Assembly: GCA_004769085.1 (NCBI GenBank)
Contig: DUDS01000044.1
Coordinates: 44,670 to 108,669 of the forward strand
Reading direction: 5' to 3'
DNA length: 64,000 nucleotides
Source of the DNA: Candidatus Melainabacteria bacterium SSGW_16
GTDB taxonomy: Bacteria; Cyanobacteriota; Vampirovibrionia; 2-02-FULL-35-15
The translations under genes were made by a program, and so were the position numbers. Under the pieces are notes generated by a model. It was not told the DNA's origin and made no database searches. It worked only from the letters and a program-made list of their open reading frames with translations. Shown one piece after another: positions 9,982-18,724 of the stretch (positions are counted from its first letter, which is position 1; each line of letters starts with the position of its first letter).

Positions 9982-10094
9982 GGTTTTGTTCAATTTATTT
10001 GACAAAACCTGTAACCCGTTAAATTTAGTCTATATTAAGTGGACTATGGAAAGGTGGCGAGTCTCATTATGAGCGAGCCACCTGAGTAAAAAAC
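9982..10094 (+). promoter_or_regulatory. GC-rich leader element, copy R1a, upstream of the 113-aa ORF. It has three parts: a hairpin GGUUUUGUC/GACAAAACC at 9982-10009, then CCUGUAAC...AUAUUAAGUGG, then UAUGGAAAGGUGGCG...GCCACCUGAGUAAAAAA containing a 6-codon mini-ORF.
   Basis: Near-identical to the copy at 60490-60534 on the other strand. The mini-ORF ATGAGCGAGCCACCTGAGTAA spans 10069-10089. This is a GC island in AT-rich intergenic DNA. Confidence 0.6.
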
Positions 10095-10216
10095 ACATAA
10101 CATTAAATAGATTTAATCAATAATTCACAAGTCTTTAGAAGTCTAGTACAAATTCACTGTCAAAATATAGACAGATTTTACCTTATATATTCACAAGGAA
10201 GAGAAAGGTTACAAAA

Positions 10217-10558
10217 ATGGATCCAAATCAATCCATACAAAATAATAAGCTAAAAATAGACTCATTTGAGCTGCTAATAAAATTTTTACAAAAATGTAAA
10301 AGCGACTCTGAAGCAAATGAATCCAGGGCATCAATGATTTCATCCTGTGCGGATATTATTGCTGCAGCATATTACTACAGAAAATTCCCAATTGTAAATG
10401 ACTTCATAGAGAAGTATCTTAAAAACGAAGAAAATTATTTTTATCTCCAATGGGCAAGATCAACATGGTCAAAATTTGGCAAAATGACTGATGCTGAATT
10501 AAGTGATCTTGTTATAAATCAAATTCTTACCATTGATAATTTTGAAGAAGACGAATAG
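10217..10558 (+). CDS. Hypothetical small protein (113 aa).
   Basis: ORF with a purine-rich AAGGAAGAGAAAGG tract upstream. No recognised domain. Confidence 0.5.
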   Translation: MDPNQSIQNNKLKIDSFELLIKFLQKCKSDSEANESRASMISSCADIIAAAYYYRKFPIVNDFIEKYLKNEENYFYLQWARSTWSKFGKMTDAELSDLVINQILTIDNFEEDE

Positions 10559-10584
10559 TATTAAAGGAGCCTGAAAAGCACTTA

Positions 10585-10608
10585 AATGGCAGAATGCCAT
10601 TTTATTTT
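10585..10608 (+). terminator. Probable intrinsic terminator for the 113-aa ORF.
   Basis: AATGGCA-GAA-TGCCATT hairpin followed by TTATTTTC. This implies the downstream flippase starts at ATG 10618 rather than 10594. Confidence 0.55.
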
Positions 10609-10617
10609 CATGCTCTA

Positions 10618-12078
10618 ATGAAGAAAAAAGAACCATTATCCAGAAGATTAACATTCGGTATTTTTTACCTACTTGGCAGTTCCTTTGCATCTCTTCTGTT
10701 AAATGTTATAACCATTGGTTTTGTAGCAAGAGCACTTGGTGTTGAAAATTTTGGTTTATATTCAGCAATTCTTTCTTTTGTACAACTGTTTCAGTTTTTA
10801 AGTGATTTTGGATTAAATAAAACCCTTTTGAAATTTGGTTCAAAAGACATTTCAAAAGTACAAATAAGTTTCGGGAATGCTCTTTTCGTAAAGAGCATTC
10901 TTATGCTTCCGACAATTTTTCTTATCATGTTTCTGGGATTACTTTCAGGGTACAGAAATGAAGAGCTTTTTATTCTTTTGTTTTTTGCAGTAAGTCTTAT
11001 ACTGGACAGTTATGCCACTGTTTTTAGTTCTATCAGAAGAATACTTGGAAGCTTCAGATTAATCTCATTCTTCAGAGTTTTAAGAACGGCAATAAATCTT
11101 GTAATAATTTACATTGCTCTCACAATTAAGGATTCAGTATTATCTCTTGCCCTAGCAAACATGCTTTTAAGTCTGGTTATATTTATTGTTTCATTGATAA
11201 ATACTGTTATTCATCTAAAACCAAAAGTAAGAATAAAACTTATTACAGATTTCTTTCAGGACTCAGTGATTTTCAGTCTGAGTGATTTCTTTTTAAATAT
11301 TTACGCAAGAATCAGTATTGTCCTCCTTTCTTTCTATAGCGATCTCCATTCTGTAGGGATTTTCAGTGCAGCAATAAGATTTACAAAGATTGCTAATTTG
11401 CTTCCTGCACAGGTAAAATTTGCCCTTCTGCCAACAATGTATCGTTTTGTAGGAGAGGTTAAAGATAGTAATGAAAACAAGGTAAAAAGAATATTTGAAA
11501 TCCTGTTGAAATACATGGGAATTTTTGCAACTATTGTTGCAATTGGAATATTTTTATTTTCAGATCCTATAATCCATATTGTTTTTGGGGACAAATACAA
11601 CAAATCAATTCCTCTTGTCCAGCTATTCAGCATGTTTATTTATTTAAGATTTGTTGAAACACCATTTAAAATGCTTTTCATTGCTATGGAAAAACATAAA
11701 AATATGGTATTTTTCCAGGGACTTACCAGCTTCTTAAATATCATTTTAAATTTTGCTCTGATACCATCATTTTCTGTATATGGAGCATTTTATTCAACGC
11801 TTATAAGTGAAATTTTCTTTGTTCTAATGCTTGTTTATTCAGGAACCAAACATTCAATCTGGATGCTGAAAGATATTTACAGTCTGACAGTTAAATCTGC
11901 CATTGCCGGGGTTATCTGTCTGTCATTGATTCTGGCATTCAAAGAACATCTTAATATGGTTATTCAGATTATATTATTTATAACCAGTTACATTAGTATA
12001 CTTTTCCTATTTAAAACATTTGACAAATCTGACAAGGAATTATTCTCGAAAATCTTTTTTAAATCTGGTTCATCTTAA
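10618..12078 (+). CDS. Polysaccharide/oligosaccharide flippase (Wzx/MOP-superfamily) polytopic membrane protein.
   Basis: About 490 aa and roughly 12-14 hydrophobic helices in the typical Wzx-like arrangement. Start taken as MKKKEPLS after the terminator hairpin. Confidence 0.6.
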   Translation: MKKKEPLSRRLTFGIFYLLGSSFASLLLNVITIGFVARALGVENFGLYSAILSFVQLFQFLSDFGLNKTLLKFGSKDISKVQISFGNALFVKSILMLPTIFLIMFLGLLSGYRNEELFILLFFAVSLILDSYATVFSSIRRILGSFRLISFFRVLRTAINLVIIYIALTIKDSVLSLALANMLLSLVIFIVSLINTVIHLKPKVRIKLITDFFQDSVIFSLSDFFLNIYARISIVLLSFYSDLHSVGIFSAAIRFTKIANLLPAQVKFALLPTMYRFVGEVKDSNENKVKRIFEILLKYMGIFATIVAIGIFLFSDPIIHIVFGDKYNKSIPLVQLFSMFIYLRFVETPFKMLFIAMEKHKNMVFFQGLTSFLNIILNFALIPSFSVYGAFYSTLISEIFFVLMLVYSGTKHSIWMLKDIYSLTVKSAIAGVICLSLILAFKEHLNMVIQIILFITSYISILFLFKTFDKSDKELFSKIFFKSGSS

Positions 12079-12095
12079 GTGATATCATATTTATT

Positions 12096-12977
12096 ATGCC
12101 AGTTACAGAAAATAAATCGAGAAGTACTATAAGGCTGCCAGAATGGCTTAAAAGAGATGTACTTTTAAATGAAGAATCCAGAAGAGTCCATTCCCTGATT
12201 CATGAATTTAATTTAAACACTGTATGCCAGAGCGCACGTTGTCCTAACAGAAATGAATGTTTTTCAAATAATACTGCAACATTTATGATTCTTGGAAATA
12301 CATGCACAAGAGGTTGTACATTTTGTGATGTGCCTAAAGGGAAACCACAAAATTTGCCTGATACAGAAGAGCCTGCAAATGTTGCTCATGCAGCAAAAAT
12401 GCTTGGGCTAAATCACATTGTAATTACTTCGGTTAACAGGGATGATTTAAAGGATCAGGGCTCAGCACATTTTGCTGAGACAATTAAAAAAATCAGAAAA
12501 ATATTGCCTGAAGCAACTATTGAAGTGCTTACACCAGATTTCAGAGGAGACAAAGAATGCATTAAAACAGTTATAAACGGAAATCCAGATATCTATAACC
12601 ACAACATAGAAACAGTCCCAAGGTTATACAGAGAAGTAAGACCCGGAGCTATATATTCAAGATCCCTTGAGTTAATAAAATATGTAAAAGAAACAAATTC
12701 TGAAATAATCACAAAATCAGGATTAATGCTTGGTTTAGGAGAACATACAGATGAAATTATTGAAACTATAAAAGATTTACACTTATATAAATGTGATTAT
12801 CTTACTCTGGGACAATATATGCAACCTTCAAGGGACAGTTATCCTATTTACAGATATCTTGAACCTTCTGAATTTGAGGAATTAAAACTCATTGGACTAA
12901 AAATTGGTTTTAAAAAAGTGTTTAGCGGTCCCCTGGTAAGAAGTTCTTACCATGCAAAAGAATTCCATAACGATTAA
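12096..12977 (+). CDS. lipA: Lipoyl synthase.
   Basis: CPNRNEC and the radical-SAM CTRGCTFC cluster motifs. 293 aa. Confidence 0.9.
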   Translation: MPVTENKSRSTIRLPEWLKRDVLLNEESRRVHSLIHEFNLNTVCQSARCPNRNECFSNNTATFMILGNTCTRGCTFCDVPKGKPQNLPDTEEPANVAHAAKMLGLNHIVITSVNRDDLKDQGSAHFAETIKKIRKILPEATIEVLTPDFRGDKECIKTVINGNPDIYNHNIETVPRLYREVRPGAIYSRSLELIKYVKETNSEIITKSGLMLGLGEHTDEIIETIKDLHLYKCDYLTLGQYMQPSRDSYPIYRYLEPSEFEELKLIGLKIGFKKVFSGPLVRSSYHAKEFHND

Positions 12978-13006
12978 AAGCCTTTTAACTTTGATAAAAT
13001 CAAACC

Positions 13007-14206
13007 ATGAAATACCGGAATAAAATAATTATTCTTTTTATATCAGTGTTATGCATTTTAAATCTGGGTATTACTGTCCCTTCCAAACTCACAGAAGCAC
13101 CTCAGGAAGACTCATATGAAAAATCTAATTCTAACGATGAAGTAAAAGAAACATTTTGCATTGGTCAGGTTATAAAAGTAATTTCAGAGATCGAGGAAGA
13201 ACTGCCTGGCGGTAATAAGCAACGTTCACAGCAGCTTCTAATAAGAATTGTTTCAGGCCCTGAATCCGGAAAGAAAAGAGCATCACTAAACCTCATTCCT
13301 GACAATCCGGGCTTTGCAATAGTCGGAGAACCTGGAAGAAAATACCTGATCAATAAGATTGAAAATCTAAACACAGGAAATGAAGAGTATTTTGTGGTTG
13401 ATTATTACCGGGCTCCCTTCGTATGGTTTTTAGTGACTCTTTTTGCTCTGCTTCTTTTAATTGTGGGTGGTAAAAAAGGGATAAGAACGATTGTTTCACT
13501 TATAGCCACAATAATATTTATTGGTTTCTTATTAATCCCAGCAATTGAGAAAGGAATTAATCCACTTCTTGCTGCAGTAATAGTATCGTTTCTCGCAACA
13601 GGTTTTACAATGCTTCTTGTTGCAGGTATTAACTTCAAATCTTTATCAAGCACTCTTGGAACTGTAATCGGGGTTACATTCAGTGGGATACTTGCTACGT
13701 ATATTATTAATGCAGCACCATTATCAGGACTAGCTAGTTCAGAAGCAATGATCCTGTGGGGAAATGAAATTTACAAACTTAATTTTAAAGGGCTTCTTGC
13801 AGCAGGCATGATTGTTTCCTGCCTCGGCGCCATTATGGATGTAGCAATATCCATAAGCAGCGCTATACAGGAAATAAAAATAGCAAATCCAAAATATACA
13901 TTAAAAAATCTGTTTACTGCTGGAATGAACGTAGGGAAAGACATCATGGGCACAATGACAAGCACGCTGGTTCTTGCATTTACAGGAATGGCACTGCCAT
14001 TACTACTACTTATAAACCATGAGAAAGATCTTTTAAAATACATAAATCTTGAACTTGTTACATCTGAAATTACTGCTGCAATAGCAGGAAGTATAGGTTT
14101 AATTATCGCTGTACCTGCAACTAGTCTTATAATGAGCTACTTTATGTCAAGGGAAAAAATCCAGCCTGTATCTGATGACCAGAATACAAACATTATTAAT
14201 TTTTAA
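13007..14206 (+). CDS. YibE/F-family polytopic membrane protein.
   Basis: N-terminal signal/anchor, then a soluble about 100-aa segment, then about 8 TM helices rich in small residues, as in the YibE/F architecture. Confidence 0.55.
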   Translation: MKYRNKIIILFISVLCILNLGITVPSKLTEAPQEDSYEKSNSNDEVKETFCIGQVIKVISEIEEELPGGNKQRSQQLLIRIVSGPESGKKRASLNLIPDNPGFAIVGEPGRKYLINKIENLNTGNEEYFVVDYYRAPFVWFLVTLFALLLLIVGGKKGIRTIVSLIATIIFIGFLLIPAIEKGINPLLAAVIVSFLATGFTMLLVAGINFKSLSSTLGTVIGVTFSGILATYIINAAPLSGLASSEAMILWGNEIYKLNFKGLLAAGMIVSCLGAIMDVAISISSAIQEIKIANPKYTLKNLFTAGMNVGKDIMGTMTSTLVLAFTGMALPLLLLINHEKDLLKYINLELVTSEITAAIAGSIGLIIAVPATSLIMSYFMSREKIQPVSDDQNTNIINF

Positions 14207-14860
14207 ATGCAAAAAAGAAAACCAAAAGACATTCTTAAAACCAGGGAAATAACCTCTGAAATATTTCTTGTCAGGCATGGTGAAACAGAAGCAAACAGGA
14301 AAAAACTTTTATTTGGGCACCTGAACTGGGATTTAAATAAAACCGGTATCAGACAGATTAAAAATTGCTCAAAAAGACTAAAACAAATAATAAAAAACAA
14401 GAAGATCAGCTGCATAATAACAAGTAATCTTTTAAGAGCAAAGCACAGTGCAAAGATAATAAGCAAAGTGACAGGGATAAAAAATATAACTATTGCAAAA
14501 GATATCTCTGAAAAATCTGAAGGTATTCTTGAAGGAAAAACATATCAGGAATTTAGGGAGACTAGTTATAAAAACTACATAAAATGGCTGAAAGATCCCT
14601 TAGGTTTCAGACCTGAAAAAGGTGAATCAATAAATGACTTAAACAAACGAGTCAGTAGATTTTATAATCTTCTTAAAAAGAAATCTTATGGTAAAAACAT
14701 AATCATAGTCACTCATTCAGGACCTATTAAAGTTATTCTGCTTAATACATTAGAAAGTAATATTAAAAAATTCTGGAATCTAAGAGTAGATTGTGGCTCA
14801 ATAAGTATTATAACTACCAGTAAAAACCAAAGCATAGTAAATGCTCTGAATATAAAATAA
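14207..14860 (+). CDS. Histidine phosphatase-family protein (phosphoglycerate-mutase-like; CobC/SixA-type).
   Basis: FLVRHGETEAN catalytic RHG motif. The start abuts the stop of the upstream gene (TAAATG). Confidence 0.75.
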   Translation: MQKRKPKDILKTREITSEIFLVRHGETEANRKKLLFGHLNWDLNKTGIRQIKNCSKRLKQIIKNKKISCIITSNLLRAKHSAKIISKVTGIKNITIAKDISEKSEGILEGKTYQEFRETSYKNYIKWLKDPLGFRPEKGESINDLNKRVSRFYNLLKKKSYGKNIIIVTHSGPIKVILLNTLESNIKKFWNLRVDCGSISIITTSKNQSIVNALNIK

Positions 14861-14866
14861 TTGGTT

Positions 14867-15124
14867 TTATAATCTTCTCGATTCTGAAAGACTTCTATAG
14901 TACATTCCAGTTTCCAATGCCATATAAACTACATCAGGAGTAACACTCTGCTCATCTGCAACAGCCTTTAAGTCAGGCTCTATCATATCTTCATCCAGAA
15001 CTATGTGACCTTCAGAAGCAGCCAGCTCTTCTTCAATCAATTCAAGGACTCTTAAAGGATCAATCTTATATCGTCCAGCAAGAGACTCAAGGCTTAGACT
15101 AATTGGAAAAATTGCAGATCCCAT
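14867..15124 (-). CDS. Hypothetical acidic small protein (85 aa), downstream of the M23 peptidase gene.
   Basis: ORF only. Tight spacing suggests co-transcription with the peptidase gene. Confidence 0.4.
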   Translation of the reverse strand: MGSAIFPISLSLESLAGRYKIDPLRVLELIEEELAASEGHIVLDEDMIEPDLKAVADEQSVTPDVVYMALETGMYYRSLSESRRL

Positions 15125-15155
15125 AACAGAATTATTTTACTACAATCTTAAAAAA

Positions 15156-16283
15156 CTATCGCAAAAACTTTAAAGGATTCTGTGGCACACCATTTCTTCT
15201 AACTTCAAAGTGCAAATGAGGACCCGTAGAATAACCTGTCCTCCCTTCATATCCAACAACTTCACCCTTCTGAATATTTGCCCCTCTTGATACAGCAGTA
15301 CTGCTTAAGTGTGCATATAGGGTAGAATATGACATTCCATGATCCAGAATCACTACCTTTCCATACCCACCATACCAGCCATTAAATATAACTCGTCCGT
15401 TATCAGATGCCATAATTGGTGTTCCGTGAGGTGCTGCAAGATCAATACCACTGTGAAAACTTACAACCCTGTGTATAGGGTGTCTTCTCATGCCAAATGG
15501 TGATGTAAGCCTTCCTTGGATTGGATATGAAAATAAACCACTCCCCGGTAAAGAATATCCGCCTAGAGAACCTCTTCCAACCAGTTTATTAATCTCTGAT
15601 ATAAGTTTTTGAGAATCTCTTTCCAGTTCCCTTTCAGCCTGCTCATACGATTGTCTTTCAGTCCTCAATCGATAAACCAAACTAGACTGGGAAGAGTGTT
15701 CTTTTGCTATTTCTCTTCTTTGTTCTTCGATGTCACTTACAATATTTGCTATTTGTATCCTTTGCTCAGCAAGTCTGTCTTTGTATATTGTAATCTCACT
15801 TGATTCTTTATTAAGTTCCTCAAGAAGTTTTTTATCCTGTGCAATAAGAAGTTTCTGGTAATAAAGTAAATCCAGCAAATCAGTAAGTTCGGTAGTTTTT
15901 AAAAGCATTTCAAGAATTTTAAGTCTTTGTCCCTGATATATTTGCCTGATCCTATCTTCTGCATCAACTTTCAAGCCGGAATAACTTTGTTTAACTTTTG
16001 AAAGTTCACCTTCAGTAAGCTCAATATTATTTTGTGTATTTGTCAGTTTTAATTTATTTTTTCTTAAAATATTTTGCGTTTTATACAATCGCTTTTGTAT
16101 TTCTGTAAGTTTACCTATAGCAACCTTTTCTTTTTGTTTGGTCTCTTCAATCTTTCTTCTTATATTTTGACTTTTTGCTTCAATTTCTCTAAGTTTGCGC
16201 GATTTATCTGCACTAAAGACGGGATGAAAACACAAAATAAAAACTGCAATAACCAGAAAACACAAATTAATTCTTAGCTTCAT
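15156..16283 (-). CDS. M23-family metallo-endopeptidase with an N-terminal coiled-coil (EnvC/NlpD-like).
   Basis: Signal peptide, then a long heptad-rich region. The C-terminal LysM-less M23 domain carries HSGIDLAAPHGTPI ... HLHFEV (HxxxD and HxH zinc ligands). Confidence 0.85.
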   Translation of the reverse strand: MKLRINLCFLVIAVFILCFHPVFSADKSRKLREIEAKSQNIRRKIEETKQKEKVAIGKLTEIQKRLYKTQNILRKNKLKLTNTQNNIELTEGELSKVKQSYSGLKVDAEDRIRQIYQGQRLKILEMLLKTTELTDLLDLLYYQKLLIAQDKKLLEELNKESSEITIYKDRLAEQRIQIANIVSDIEEQRREIAKEHSSQSSLVYRLRTERQSYEQAERELERDSQKLISEINKLVGRGSLGGYSLPGSGLFSYPIQGRLTSPFGMRRHPIHRVVSFHSGIDLAAPHGTPIMASDNGRVIFNGWYGGYGKVVILDHGMSYSTLYAHLSSTAVSRGANIQKGEVVGYEGRTGYSTGPHLHFEVRRNGVPQNPLKFLR

Positions 16284-16436
16284 AATCAGAACCTGTTTTA
16301 TTAAAATCTATTCACAAAAACTGATACTATTGGACCAAGCGACACAAATAAAAAAGCAATTAACATAATTATTACAATTACTTTGGAATATTTTCTAAAT
16401 AAATCAAGCATGATGCATTATTTTAACATGTAAATA

Positions 16437-18479
16437 TTATTGTCTGGTTGCTTTTAGTTTTTTAGCCTGTTCTCTTAAAACAAATAATTCATCCCTGAGT
16501 TTTGCTGCTCGCTCAAAATCAAGTAGTAAAGCTGCATTTTTCATTTGTGTTTCTATTTTCTTTAATATTTTTGGTAATTCCCTTATATCAAGCCTTTCAC
16601 TGGCAAGTTCTGCTGCTGCTATCTCCTGAACATCTTTGCCTGACCGGAGAGCCTCAAGCAGAGGATTTGAGAATCCTTTTGAAATTGTCTTTGGTGTTAT
16701 ATTATGTTTTAAATTAAATTCAATCTGTAATTTTTTTCTACGCTCTGTTTCATCCATTGCTTTTCTCATGGAATTAGTAATTTTATCAGCATACAGAATT
16801 ACAGATCCTGCCGCATTCCTTGCTGCCCTCCCAATAATCTGAATAAGAGAACGTTCAGCTCTTAAGAATCCCTCTTTGTCAGCATCCATGATACAAACCA
16901 GAGATACTTCAGGGAGATCAATACCTTCCCGCAAAAGATTAACCCCAACCAATACATCAAATTCCCCAAGCCTTAAATCTCTTAAAATTTCAATTCTGTC
17001 CAGTGCAAGAACCTCACTATGTAACCAGCGAACTTTTAAGTTCAAACCAGTTAAATATGCTGTAAGATCCTCAGCCATTCTTTTAGTAAGTGTAGATATT
17101 AAAACCCTTTCTTTCTTTGCAATCCTGATCTTGATTTCATGAATAAGATCATCTATTTGTCCTTTTGTAGGTCTTACTTCAATGGAAGGATCTATAAGCC
17201 CTGTGGGTCTGACTATCTGCTCAACTATTTGTTCGCTTGCTTTTAATTCAAAATCACCAGGAGTGGCACTGACAAAAATTACCTGTCCAACTCTGTCCCA
17301 GAATTCATCAGGCTTTAAGGGCCTGTTATCAATTGCACAAGGAAGCCTGAATCCATACTCAACCAGTGTGCTTTTTCTCGAATAGTCACCATGGTACATT
17401 CCACCTATCTGTGGGATAGTTGCATGTGATTCATCAATAATACAAATCCATCCGTCCTTACCAAATTTTCTGTCAAAGTAATCAATCAATACTTTAGGCG
17501 GCTCACCTGGTTTCCTGCCTTCGAGAATTCTGGAATAGTTTTCTACACCTGTACAATAACCAACCTCTTTAAGCATTTCCAGATCAAATTTTGTTCTCTG
17601 CCACAGCCTTGCTGCTTCAAGGTCTTTCCCTAATAATTTAAGCTCATCATATCTTTCTTTTAATTCAATTTCTATCTGTTCACATGATTTTTCTATACTT
17701 TCTTCATCAGCCACATAATGCTTTGCAGGATAAATATTTATTTCATCAATGGTTTTTATAACTTCCCCAGTCACAATATCAATAACAGAAATATTTTCAA
17801 TAACATCGCCAAAAAATTCTACTTTTAATGCACTCTCTTCATAAACAGGAAAAATATCAAGGATTTCTCCTCTTACACGAAACTTGCCGCGATTAAAATC
17901 AATGTCATTCCTTTCATAATAAATTCCTACTAAATCACGAATCAGCTTATCTCTTTCAATTTCCTGACCTTTTTTTATACTTAGCGCAGATTGATAATAA
18001 AGCTCAGGAACACCAAGTCCATAAATACAACTTACAGATGCTACTACCACAACATCATCTCTCTCAAAAAGAGATCTCGTAGTGGAGTGACGAAGTCTGT
18101 CTATCTCATCATTTACATTTGCAACTTTTTCAATATAAGTATCTGTTTGGGGAATATATGACTCCGGCTGATAGTAGTCATAATAACTAATAAAATATTC
18201 AACTGCATTATCAGGCATAAATTCCCTGAACTCATTACAAAGCTGTGCAGCAAGTGTTTTATTATGTGCTATGACCAGAGCAGGTTTCTGGGCTTTTTCA
18301 ATTACATTTGCAATAGTAAATGTTTTCCCTGAGCCAGTTACACCCAGAAGAGTTTGTTTTTGAAATTTCTTTTCAATACCACTGTAGAGTTCGTCTATTG
18401 CTTTTGGTTGATCCCCGGCAGGCTGAAAGGGGGCTTTTATAATAAATTTTTTATTTTCTTCAGACATAACAATATACAC
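16437..18479 (-). CDS. uvrB: Excinuclease ABC subunit B.
   Basis: 680 aa. Walker A GVTGSGKT, helicase motifs, and the C-terminal UVR coiled-coil LLDFERAAKLRDE. Confidence 0.95.
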   Translation of the reverse strand: MYIVMSEENKKFIIKAPFQPAGDQPKAIDELYSGIEKKFQKQTLLGVTGSGKTFTIANVIEKAQKPALVIAHNKTLAAQLCNEFREFMPDNAVEYFISYYDYYQPESYIPQTDTYIEKVANVNDEIDRLRHSTTRSLFERDDVVVVASVSCIYGLGVPELYYQSALSIKKGQEIERDKLIRDLVGIYYERNDIDFNRGKFRVRGEILDIFPVYEESALKVEFFGDVIENISVIDIVTGEVIKTIDEINIYPAKHYVADEESIEKSCEQIEIELKERYDELKLLGKDLEAARLWQRTKFDLEMLKEVGYCTGVENYSRILEGRKPGEPPKVLIDYFDRKFGKDGWICIIDESHATIPQIGGMYHGDYSRKSTLVEYGFRLPCAIDNRPLKPDEFWDRVGQVIFVSATPGDFELKASEQIVEQIVRPTGLIDPSIEVRPTKGQIDDLIHEIKIRIAKKERVLISTLTKRMAEDLTAYLTGLNLKVRWLHSEVLALDRIEILRDLRLGEFDVLVGVNLLREGIDLPEVSLVCIMDADKEGFLRAERSLIQIIGRAARNAAGSVILYADKITNSMRKAMDETERRKKLQIEFNLKHNITPKTISKGFSNPLLEALRSGKDVQEIAAAELASERLDIRELPKILKKIETQMKNAALLLDFERAAKLRDELFVLREQAKKLKATRQ

Positions 18480-18612
18480 AACAACCTAAATACTTTAACA
18501 ATCTTTAAAAAGTCTTTCTACAGCATTGATGTAATGTAATATATTATATTAATCATGCAACGCAACTACTCAGCTACCACAATAATCTATTAGTAAACAG
18601 TCAACATGGAAA

Positions 18613-18719
18613 GGTTTTGACGATTCATTCGTCAAAACCTGTATAATATTACAAGTGGCAGACCGTGAGCACTTTGCAAAGCCGACAAGCGAAGAATGAG
18701 CGAGGAAGGCGGTGAGTAA
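18613..18719 (+). promoter_or_regulatory. GC-rich leader element, copy R2a, upstream of the aldolase-like gene. It contains, in order: a hairpin GGUUUUGACG-AUUCAUU-CGUCAAAACC; an extended -10-like TGTATAAT; AUUACAAGUGG; then UUUGCAAAGCC...GCGAAGAAUGAGCGAGGAAGGCGGUGAGUAA.
   Basis: The hairpin spans 18613-18639. A possible sigma-70 promoter is TTGACG (18617-18622), a 19-nt spacer, then TG-TATAAT (18640-18647). The mini-ORF ATGAGCGAGGAAGGCGGTGAGTAA (18696-18719) ends 5 nt before the main ATG. The element is paralogous to 34723-34833 on the minus strand. Confidence 0.6.
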
Positions 18720-18724
18720 TTACC

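Noticed and set aside
10051-10082. The R1 hairpin GGUGGCG...GCCACC as a Rho-independent terminator.
   Set aside because: No U-run follows the stem on either strand. The A-run is on the wrong side for plus-strand termination, and the T-run on the minus strand precedes the stem.
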